From Candidatus Latescibacterota bacterium (GTDB lineage Bacteria; Latescibacterota; UBA2968; GCA-2709665), in contig OZ220733.1 of the NCBI GenBank assembly GCA_965116875.1, forward strand, positions 2,336,001-2,400,000: a DNA stretch of 64,000 nt. The letters run 5' to 3'. A program made the position numbers and the translations under genes. The notes below the pieces were generated by a model, which did not search any database, had not been told where the DNA came from, and saw nothing but the letters and a program-made list of their open reading frames with translations. Shown piece after piece: positions 12,001-24,000 of this stretch; the stretch's first letter is position 1, and each line of letters opens with the position of its first letter.

Positions 12001-15000
12001 GTGTCGGCGAGCCTGGGCGGAAGCACGGTCGGTTCGCAGAAGACGGTGACGATCACCGACGACGACGGGCGGGGGGTGACCGTCAGCAAGGCGACGCTTG
12101 CGGTGCCGGAGGGAGGCAGCAGCACGTACACGGTGGTGCTGGACTCCGAGCCGACGGGGGACGTGACGGTGACGGTGGGCGGGACGTCGGGGGACGTGAG
12201 CGTGGACACGGATACGAAGACGACCGGCATACAGACCGCCGTGACGTTCACGTCGTCGAACTGGAGCACGGCGCAGACGGTGACGGTGAGCGCCGCCGAG
12301 GACGACGACGCGGTGGCCGACGAGGTGACGCTGACGCACGCTGTGAGCAGCACCGGCGACTACGGCTCGGTGACGGCGGACAATGTAGCGGTAACCGTCA
12401 CCGAGAACGACAAGCCCGCGCTGTCGATAGCGGACACGAGCGCCGCCGAGGGCGACGGCAGCCTGGCGTTCCGGGTGAGCATGAACGTGGCCAGCAGCCA
12501 GACGGTGACGGTGAAATACTCGACCGCCAACGGCACGGCGAACGCCGGGCAGGACTACACGGCGGTCTCGAATAAGACGCTCACGTTCAGCCCCGGCGGG
12601 TCCCTGAGCCAGACGGTGAGCGTGAGTCTGACCGACGACGATCTCGACGAAGCCAACGAGACGCTCACGATGACGCTGAACAGTCCCGAGAACGCGACGA
12701 CCGCCGACGCGACGGCCACCGGCACGATCGAGGACGACGACGAACCGTCGTTCTCGCTGTCGGTGAGTTCGTCGGCGGTGGCCGAGGACGGGGGGACCTC
12801 GACGGTGACGGTGTCCACGGGTGGGGTGAGTTTTCTGGCGGACACCACCTTTACGCTGACGCTGGGCGGCACGGCCACCAAGGGCACGGACTACACGGTG
12901 GGTTCCGAGAGCCTGGAGCTGACGGCCGGCCAGACCTCGGTGACGACGACGGTCACGGCGACCGACGACGACGTAGATGAGGCCGACGAGACGGTCACGG
13001 TGTCGGCGAGCCTGGGCGGGAGCACGGTCGGTTCGCAGAAGACGGTGACGATCACCGACGACGACGGGCGGGGGGTGACCATCAGCAAGGCGACGCTGGC
13101 GGTGCCGGAGGGCGGCACCAACACCTACACGGTGGTGCTGGAGTCGGAGCCGACGGCCGACGTGACGGTGACGGTGGGCGGGGCTTCTGGGGACGTGAGC
13201 GTGGACGTGGATACGGAAGGCGACCAGACGGCGCTGACGTTCACGGCGAGCGACTGGGAGACGGCGCAGACGGTGACGGTGAGCGCGGCCGAGGACGCCG
13301 ACGCGCTGGCCGATGAGGTGACGCTGACGCATACGGTCAGCAGCAGCGGGGACTACAGCGGCGAGACCGCCTCGTCCGTGGCGGTGACGGTCACCGAGAA
13401 TGACAAGCCGGCGCTGTCGATTGCCGACAGCAGCGCGGCCGAGGGCGACGGCGCCCTGGTGTTCCGGGTGAGTATGAACGTGGCCAGCAGCCAGACGGTG
13501 ACGGTGAGCTACTCGACCGCCAACGGCACGGCCGCGGCGGGATCGGACTACACCACGGTCTCGAACGGGACGCTCACCTTCAGCTCCGGCGGGTCCCTGA
13601 GCCAGACGGTGAGCGTGAGCGTGACCGACGACGCCGTCGTCGAAGGGAACGAGACGTTCACGGTGACGCTGAACAATCCGCAGAACGCGACGATCGCCGA
13701 TGCGACGGCGACCGGCACGATCGAGGATGACGACGAACCGTCGTTCTCGCTGTCGGTGAGTTCGTCGGCGGTGGCCGAGGACGGGGGGACCTCGACGGTG
13801 ACGGTGTCCACCGGTGGGGTGAGTTTTCTGGCGGACACCACCTTTACGCTGACGCTGGGCGGCACGGCCACCAAGGGCACGGACTACACGGTGGGTTCCG
13901 AGAGCCTGGAGCTGACGGCCGGCCAGACCTCGGTGACGACGACGGTCACGGCGACCGACGACGACGTGGATGAGGCCGACGAGACGTTCACGATCTCGGC
14001 GAGCCTGGGCGGAAGCACGGTCGGTTCGCAGAAGACGGTGACGATCACCGACGACGACGGGCGGGGGGTGACCGTCAGCAAGGCGACGCTTGCGGTGCCG
14101 GAGGGGGGCAGCAGCACGTACACGGTGGTGCTGGACTCCGAGCCGACGGGGGACGTGACGGTGACGGTGGGCGGGACGTCGGGGGACGTGAGCGTGGACA
14201 CGGATACGACGACCGGCATACAGACCGCCGTGACGTTCACGTCGTCGAACTGGAGCACGGCGCAGACGGTGACGGTGAGCGCCGCCGAGGACGACGACGC
14301 GGTGGCCGACGAGGTGACGCTGACGCACGCTGTGAGCAGCACCGGCGACTACGGCTCGGTGACGGCGGACAATGTAGCGGTAACCGTCACCGAGAACGAC
14401 AAGCCCGCGCTGTCGATAGCGGACACGAGCGCCGCCGAGGGCGACGGCAGCCTGGCGTTCCGGGTGAGCATGAACGTGGCCAGCAGCCAGACGGTGACGG
14501 TGAAATACTCGACCGCCAACGGCACGGCGAACGCCGGGCAGGACTACACGGCGGTCTCGAATAAGACGCTCACGTTCAGCCCCGGCGGGTCCCTGAGCCA
14601 GACGGTGAGCGTGAGTCTGACCGACGACGATCTCGACGAAGCCAACGAGACGCTCACGATGACGCTGAACAGTCCCGAGAACGCGACGACCGCCGACGCG
14701 ACGGCGACCGGCACGATCACCGACGACGACGGGCGGGGGGTGACCATCAGCAAGGAGTCGCTGACGGTGACCGAGGGGGGCAGCAACACCTACACGGTGG
14801 TGCTGGACTCGGAGCCGACGGCCGAGGTGACGGTGACGGTGGGCGGGATGTCCGGGGACGTGAGCGTGGACACGGATACGAAGACGACCGGCATACAGAC
14901 CGCCCTGACGTTTACGCCGTCGAACTGGAGCACTGCGCAGACGGTGACGGTGAGCGCCGCCGAGGACGAAGATGCCCTGGCCGACCCCAAGGTGACGCTG

Positions 15001-18000
15001 ACCCATACGGTGGCGGGCGCGGACTATGGCGACAACTCGGTGACCGCGGACGACGTGGCGGTGACGATAGCGGAGAACGAGACCCCCACCCTGGCGATTG
15101 CGGACAGCAGCGCGACGGAGGACGCGGGCAGCCTGGTCTTCCGGGTGACCTTGAGCCAGGCCACCAGCCAGACGGTGACGGTGCGCTATTCGACGTCGAA
15201 CGCCACGGCGACGGCCGGATCGGACTACACGGCCGTCTCGAACGGGACGCTCACGTTTAGCCCCAATTCACTAAAGCAGACCGTGACGGTGAGTGTGGCC
15301 GATGACGATCTCGACGAAGCCAACGAGACGTTCACCGTCACGCTGAAGAGTCCGAAGAACGCGACGCTGTCCGACGCGACGGCCACGGGCACGATCGAGG
15401 ATGACGACGAGCGCGGGGTCACCGTCAGTCCGACAGCCTTGACGGTGACCGAGGGGAGCAGCAAGACCTACGAGGTGGTGCTGACCTCGAAGCCGACGGA
15501 TGACGTGACGGTGACGGTGGGCGGGGCCTCCGGGGACGTGACGGCCGACGTGGATACGGGGACTTCCGGCGACCAGGCGGCGCTGACGTTCACGCCGTCG
15601 AACTGGAGCGCCGCACAGACGGTGACGGTGAGCGCGGCCGAGGACGACGACGCCCTGGCCGACGCCACGGTGACGCTGACGCATACGGTGGCCGGCGCGG
15701 ACTATGGGACCAACTCGGTGACCGCGGATGACGTGGTTGTAACGATTGCCGAGAACGACACGCCGACCCTGGCCATCGCCGACACGAGCGCCGCCGAGGG
15801 CGACGGCAGCCTGGCGTTCCGGGTGACCTTGAGTCAGGCCAGCAGCGAACAGGTGACGGTCACCTACTCGACCGCCAACGGCACGGCGACCGCCGGGCAG
15901 GACTACACCGCGGTCTCGAATAAGACGCTCACGTTCAGCCCCGGCGGGTCCCTGAGCCGGACGGCGAGCGTGAGTGTGGCAGACGACGACGTCGACGAAG
16001 GGGACGAGACGTTCACCGTCACGCTGAACAGTCCCGAGAACGCGACGACCGCCGACGCGACGGCCACCGGCACGATCACCGACGACGACGAGCGGGGCGT
16101 CACGGTCAGCAAGGAGGCGCTGACGGTGACCGAAGGGAGCAGCGGCACGTACACGGTGGTGCTGACCTCGAAGCCGACGGGAGACGTGACGGTGACGGTG
16201 AGCGGGATGACGGGGGACGTGTCGGTGAACAAGACCGCCCTGACGTTCACGGCCAGCACCTGGGACGATGCGCAGACGGTGACGGTGAGCGCGGCCGAGG
16301 ACGACGACGCCCTGGCCGATGCCCAGGTGACGCTGACCCATACGGTGGCCGGCGCGGACTATGGCGACAACTCGGTGACGGCGGGCAACGTGGCGGTGAC
16401 GGTTGCCGAGAACGACGCGCCGACGCTGGCCATCTCGGACACCACTGCGGCGGAGGACGCGGGCCATCTGGTATTCAGGGTGACGTTGAGTCAGGCCACC
16501 AGCCAGACGGTGACGGTGGGCTATGCCACCTTGAATGGCACGGCCACCGCTGGCGAGGACTACACGGCGGTTTCGAATGGGACGCTCACGTTCAGCCCCG
16601 AAGCGCTGAGCCGGACGGTGAGCGTGAGCCTGACCGACGACGACGTGGACGAAGCCGACGAGACGTTCGCTGTCAAGCTGAAGAGTCCGCAGCACGCGAC
16701 GCTGGCCGACGCGGCGGCCATCGGCGCCATCCTCGATGACGACGAGCGGGGGGTGACCGTCAGCAGGGCGACGCTGACGGTGACCGAGGGGAGCAGCGGC
16801 GCCTACACGGTGGTGCTGGACTCGAAGCCGACGGATGACGTGACGGTGACGGTGGGTGGGGCGTCCGGGGACGTGACGGTGAACCAGACCGCCCTGACGT
16901 TCACGGCCAGCAACTGGAACAGCGCGCAGACGGTGACGGTGAGCGCCGCCGAGGACGACGACGCCCTGGCCGACGCCACGGTGACGCTGACCCATGCCGT
17001 GGCCGGCGCGGACTATGGCGCCAACTCGGTGACGGCGGGCCACGTGGTGGTGGCGATTGCCGAGAATGAGACCCCCACCCTGGCCATCTCGGACACCACG
17101 GCGGTCGAGGACGACGGGAGCATGGTGTTCCGGGTGAGCCTGAGCACGGCCACCAGCGAACAGGTGACGGTGCGCTATTCGACCTCGAACGGCACGGCCA
17201 CCGCCGGCGAGGACTACACCGCGGTCCCGGATGGTACGGTCACGTTCAGCCCCAACACACTGGCGCAGACGGTGACGGTGAGTATCGACGACGACGACGT
17301 GAAGGAAGCCAACGAGACGTTTACCGTGACGCTGAACAGTCCCCAGAACGCAACGCTGGCCACGGCGACGGCCACCGGCACAATTGTCGACGACGAGCCA
17401 CGGCGGCTGGTGAATCCGGCGAAGAAGCCGCCGCCGGGCAACCTCATCGACCCCGAAGGCGTGCTGACGGTGACGCTCGTGCTCACGCCGGCGGAGATTC
17501 AAGAGAACGGCGGAACGACGACGGTGACGGCACTATTGAACCGGGAATCGACCGAAGCGACGACGGTCACGGTGACGGCGGAGCCGGAATCGCCGGCGAG
17601 CAGCAGCGACTACACGCAGAGTGGCAATGCGCTGACGGTCACGGCGGGAGAGCAGACGAGCACGGGCACGGTAGAGATCACGGCGGTGGACAACGCCCTG
17701 GACGGACCGAGCAAGCAGGTGAAGGTGTTGGGGACGGCCAGCAACAGCGAAGAATTGACTAGCCTGGCCAGACAAACGTTGACGATCACCGACGACGACG
17801 AGCGGGGGGTGACCCTCAGCAAGGAGGCGCTGACGGTGACCGAAGGGAGCAGCGGCACGTACACGGTGGTGCTGACCTCGAAGCCGACGGATGACGTGAC
17901 GGTGACGGTGGGCGGGGCGTCCGGGGACGTGACCGTGGGCACGGATACGAACGATGACGGCGACCAGGATGAGCTGACGTTCACGCCGACGGACTGGAGC

Positions 18001-21000
18001 AGCGCGCAGACGGTGACGGTGAGCGCGGCCGAGGACGACGACGCCCTGACCGACGCCACGGTGACCTTGACCCATGCGGTGGCCGGCGCGGACTATGGGT
18101 CCAACTCGGTGACCGCGGACGACGTCGTGGTGACGGTTGCCGAGAACGACACGCCGACGTTGGCCATCGCGGATACGAGCGCGTCGGAGGACGCGGGCAA
18201 CCTGGTGTTCCGGGTGAGCCTGAGCCAGGCCACCAGCCAGACGGTGACGGTGCGCTATTCGACGTCGAACGCCACGGCCACGGCGGGGTCGGACTACACG
18301 GCGGTGACCAATAAGACGCTCACGTTCAGCCCGGGCGGATCGCTGAGCCGGACGGTGAGCGTGAGTCTGACCGACGACGACCTCGATGAAGCCGACGAGA
18401 CCTTCACGGTGACGCTGAAGAGTCCGCAGAACGCGACGCTGGCCGATGCGACGGCCACCGGCACGATCGAGGACGACGACGAGCGGGGGGTGACCGTCAG
18501 CAAGGAGGCGCTGACGGTCACGGAGGGAAGCAGCGGCACGTACACGGTGGTGCTGACCTCGAAGCCGACGGGAGACGTGACGGTGACGGTGGGCGGGGCG
18601 TCCGGGGACGTGACGGTGGACACGGATACGGACAATACCGGCAATCAGACCGCCCTGACGTTCACGGCCAGCACCTGGGACGACGCGCAGACGGTGACGG
18701 TCAGCGCGGCGGAGGACGACGACGCTCTGGCCGACGCCAAGGTGACGCTGACCCATACGGTGGCCGGGGCGGACTATGGGTCCAACTCGGTGACGGCGGA
18801 CGACGTCGTGGTGACGATTGCCGAGAACGACACGCCGACGTTGGCGATTGCGGACAGCAGCGCGTCGGAGGACGCGGGCAACCTGGTGTTCCGGGTGAGC
18901 CTGAGCCAAGCCACCAGCCAGACGGTGACGGTGCGGTATTCGACGTCGAACGGCACGGCCACCGCCGGGTCGGACTACACGGCGGTGAACAATAAGACGA
19001 TCACGTTCAGCCCCGGAGGCGGGTTGACCCAGGCCGTGACGGTGAGTGTGGCAGACGACGACGTCGACGAAGCCGACGAGACGTTCACCGTCACCCTGAA
19101 CAGTCCGCAGCATGCGACGACCGCCGACGCGACGGCCACGGGCACGATCGAGGACGACGACGAGCGGGGCGTCACGGTCAGCGAGGCGACGCTGGCGGTG
19201 CCGGAGGGGGGCAGCAATACCTACACGGTGGTGCTGGACTCGGAGCCGACGGCCAACGTGACGGTGACGGTGGGCGGGGCGTCCGGGGACGTGACCGTGG
19301 ACACGGATACGGACAATACCGGCAATCAGACCGCCCTGACGTTCACGGCCAGCACCTGGGACGCCGCGCAGACGGTGACGGTCAGCGCCGCCGAGGACGA
19401 CGACGCACTGACCGACGCCACGGTGACCCTGACGCATACGGTGGCCGGGGCGGACTATGGGTCCAACTCGGTGACGGCGGACGACGTCGTGGTGACGATT
19501 GCCGAGAACGACACGCCGACGTTGGCGATTGCGGACAGCAGCGCGTCGGAGGACGCGGGCAACCTGGTGTTCCGGGTGAGCCTGAGCCAGGCCACCAGCC
19601 AGACGGTGACGGTGCGGTATTCGACGTCGAACGGCACGGCCACCGCCGGGTCGGACTACACGGCGGTGACCAATAAGACGCTCACGTTCAGCCCCGGCGG
19701 GTCGCTGAGCCGGACCGTGAGCGTGAGTCTGACCGACGACGACCTCGATGAAGCCGACGAGACGTTCACCGTCACGCTGAACAGTCCGCAGAACGCGACG
19801 CTGGCCGATGCGACGGCCACCGGCACGATCGAGGACGACGACGAGCGCGGGGTGACGGTCAGCAAGGAGGCGCTGACGGTCACGGAGGGAAGCAGCGGCA
19901 CGTACACGGTGGTGCTGACCTCGAAGCCGACGGGAGACGTGACGGTGACGGTGGGCGGGGCGTCCGGGGACGTGACCGTGGACACGGATACGGACAATAC
20001 CGGCAATCAGACCGCCCTGACGTTCACGGCCAGCACCTGGGACGCCGCGCAGACGGTGACGGTCAGCGCCGCCGAGGACGACGACGCACTGACCGACGCC
20101 ACGGTGACCCTGACGCATACGGTGGCCGGGGCGGACTATGGCGACAACTCGGTGACGGCATCGAACGTGGCGGTGACGGTTGCCGAGAACGACACGCCGA
20201 CGTTGGCGATTGCGGACAGCAGCGCGTCGGAGGACGCGGGCAGCCTGGTCTTCCGGGTGAGCCTGAGCCAGGCCACCAGCCAGACGGTGACGGTGCGGTA
20301 TTCGACGTCGAACGGCACGGCCACCGCCGGGTCGGACTACACGGCGGTGAACAATAAGACGATCACGTTCAGCCCCGGAGGCGGGTTGACCCAGGCCGTG
20401 ACGGTGAGTGTGGCAGACGACGACGTCGACGAAGCCGACGAGACGTTCACCGTCACCCTGAACAGTCCGCAGCACGCGACGACCGCCGACGCGACGGCCA
20501 CGGGCACGATCGAGGACGACGACGAGCGGGGGGTGACGATCAGCAGGGAGACGCTGACCGTGACCGAGGGGAGCAGCGGCACGTACACGGTGGTGCTGGA
20601 CACGGAGCCGACGGGGAACGTGACGGTGACGGTGGACGGCGCGTCCGGGGACGTGTCGGTGAACAAGAACACCTTGACCTTCACGGCCGGCGACTGGGAG
20701 ACGGCGCAGACGGTGACGGTGAGCGCCGCCGAAGACGCGGACGCGGTGGTGGACAGGGCGACGCTGACGCATTCGGTGAGCAGCACCGGCGACTACAGCG
20801 GCGAGACCGCCTCCAACGTGGCGGTAACCGTCACCGAGAACGACACGCCGACGCTGGCCATCGCGGATACGAGCGCCGCCGAGGGCGACGGCAGCCTGGT
20901 CTTCCGGGTGACTCTCAACGTGGCCAGCAGCAAGACCGTGACGGTGGGCTACTCGACGTCGAACGGCACGGCGACGGCCGGATCGGACTACACGGCGGCG

Positions 21001-24000
21001 TCGAATCAGACGCTCACCTTCAGCCCGGGCGGGTCGTTGAGCCAGACGGTGAGCGTGAGCGTGAGCGACGACGCCGTCGTGGAAGGGGACGAGACGTTCA
21101 CGGTGACGTTGAAGAGTCCGCAGAACGCGACGATCTCCGATGCGGCGGCGACCGGCACGATCACCGACGACGACGAGGCGTCGTTCTCGCTGTCGGCGAA
21201 CCCGTCGGCGGTGGCCGAGGACGGGGGGACTTCGACGGTGACGGTGTCCACCGGCGGGGTGAGCTTTCCCGCGGACACCACCTTCGCGCTGACGCTGGGG
21301 GGCACGGCCACGCAGGACACGGACTACACGGTGGGGTCGGAGAGCCTGACGCTGACCGCGGGGCAGACCTCGGTGACAACGACGGTCACGGCGACCGACG
21401 ACGACGTGGACGAGGCCAACGAGACGGTCACGGTGTCGGCGACCCTGAACGGGAGCGCCGTCGGTTCCTCGCAGACGGTGACGATCAACGACGACGACGA
21501 CCGGGGCGTGACGGTCAGCAGGGAGGCGCTGACCGTCACCGAGGGGAGCACCGGCGCCTACACGGTGGTGCTGGACTCGGAGCCGACGGCCGACGTGACG
21601 GTGACGGTGAACGGCGCGTCCGGGGACGTGTCGGTGAACAAGACCACCCTGACCTTCACGGCCGGCGACTGGGAGACGGCGCAGACGGTGACGGTGAGCG
21701 CCGCCGAGGACCACGATGCCCTGGCCGACGACAAAGTGACCTTAAACCATTCCGTTGCCGGCGCGGACTATGGCGCCAACTCCGTGACGGCGTCATCCGT
21801 GGTGGTCACCATTGCCGAGAACGACACACCGACGCTGGCCATTGCGGACACGAGCGCCGCCGAGAGCGACGGCGGCATGGTGTTCCGGGTGACGTTGAGT
21901 ACGGCCAGCAGTCAGATGGTGACGGTGAGCTATTTCACCTCCGACGGCGAGGCCACGGCCGGGTCGGACTACACCGCGGTGACCAATGGGTCGATCACGT
22001 TCGGTCAGGGCGGCGCGCTGAGCCGGACGGTGAGCGTGAGCGTGACCGACGACGCCGTCGTGGAAGGTGACGAGACGTTTACGGTGACATTGAACAGTGC
22101 GCAGAACGCGCAGATTGTCACGTCCGAGGCCACCGGCAGGATCACCGACGACGACGAGGCGTCGTTCTCGCTGTCGGTGAACCCGTCGGCGGTGGCCGAG
22201 GACGGGGGGACTTCGACGGTGACGGTGTCCACCGGCGGGGTGAGCTTTCCCGCGGACACCACCTTCGCGCTGACGCTGGGGGGCACGGCCACGCAGGACA
22301 CGGACTACACGGTGGGGTCGGAGAGCCTGACGCTGACCGCGGGCCAGACCTCGGTGACGACGGCGGTCACGGCGACCGACGACGACGTGGATGAGGCCGA
22401 CGAGACGGTCACGGTGTCTGCGACCCTGGACGGGATCGGAGTCGGTTCCTCGCAGACGGTGACGATCAACGACGACGACGACCGGGGCGTGACGATCAGC
22501 AGGGAGACGCTGACGGTAACCGAGGGGAGCAGCGGCACGTACACGGTGGTGCTGGACTCGGAGCCGACGGAGGACGTGACGGTGACGGTGGGCGGCGCGT
22601 CCGGGGACGTGTCGGTGAACAAGACCACCCTGACCTTCACGGCCGGCGACTGGGAGACGGCGCAGACGGTGACGGTGAGCGCCGCCGAGGACGACGATGC
22701 CCTGGCCGACGACAAGGTGACCTTAAACCATACCGTTGCCGGCGCGGACTATGGCGCCAACTCGGTGACCGCGGATGACGTGGTTGTAACGATTGCCGAG
22801 AACGACACGCCGACGTTGAGCATCGGCAATGAAAGCGCCGCCGAAGGCGCCGGCACCATCGCGTTCACCGTAACGTTGAGCACGGCCGGCAGCCAGGCCG
22901 TGACGGTGGCGTACGAGACGTCGAACGGAACGGCGACCGCCGGGGAAGACTACACGGCCGCCAACGGCACGTTGACGTTCCCGGCCGGAAACACAGCCGC
23001 TCAGACGATCACCGTGCCGATAACCGATGACGCGCTGGACGAACCGGACGAGACGTTCACCGTAACGTTGAGTAACGCGCAGAATGCGGCGCTGTCCGGC
23101 GGTCAGAATACGCTTTCGGCCACCGGCACGATCAAAGACGATGACGGCCGGCCGGTTTCGCGGGGCGAAGACGAATCGCCGGCGTCGGACGAGGACGAAG
23201 AGCCGGCATTGACCCTATCGCCGCTGCGGTTGCCCGTGCCTGAGGGTGGGCGGGCGATATACACGGTCGTTCTCGCCGCCCGGCCTACGTCGAGCGTTAC
23301 GGTCTCGATGACGACCGATCTCGCAGGTACGGATCTTTTGATCGACAGGGCGACGCTGACGTTTACGAGTCAGAACTGGAACACGGCGCAAACGGTTACG
23401 GTCAGCGCCGCGGAAGACGACGATCTGTTGGTCGACCCGGTGGTGAGACTGACGCATACGGCCAGCGGCGGGAATTACAACGGCATTTCGGGCGTGGTCG
23501 CGGCTGCAATCGTGGAGAACGACCTGCCGGCGCTCTTTGTCGATGACGCCCGCGCCGGCGAAAGCGACAACGTGATGGTGTTCGCCGTGCGGCTGAACGC
23601 GCCAGCCGGCAAGGTGGTGTCCGCAAGTTGCAGGACGGCCGACGGCACGGCGAAGAACGGCGAGGATTTCGAGGAACCGGTCGGCAGGGTGGTCATTGAG
23701 CCCGGAGCGGTGGAGGGGACGATCCGGGTGTCGATTATGGATGACGAACGTGACGAGGCGGACGAATCGTTCACCTTGTTGCTTGAAGACGTGCGGAATG
23801 CAACGATCGGACGCGGCGCCGGGAAGGGGACCATCCTCGATGACGACCTGCCCAGGGTGCGCATTGCAGCCGTCATGACCGAGGTATCGGAAGGCCGGGC
23901 CATCGCCTTCAGCCTGACGCGCGAGGGGGATCTGACGGTCTCTCTGGAGGTGCCGGTGCGGATCGAGACCGAAGGCGCGTTTTTCTCGATGCCGCCCCCG

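Noticed and set aside
1141-21714. Very long antisense ORFs (1520, 843, 2204, 743 and 1393 aa) and similar ones opposite the 3026-aa gene
   Set aside because: Shadow frames produced by GC-rich codon bias in the repetitive sense gene; they are Arg/His/Gly-rich with no recognisable domains.
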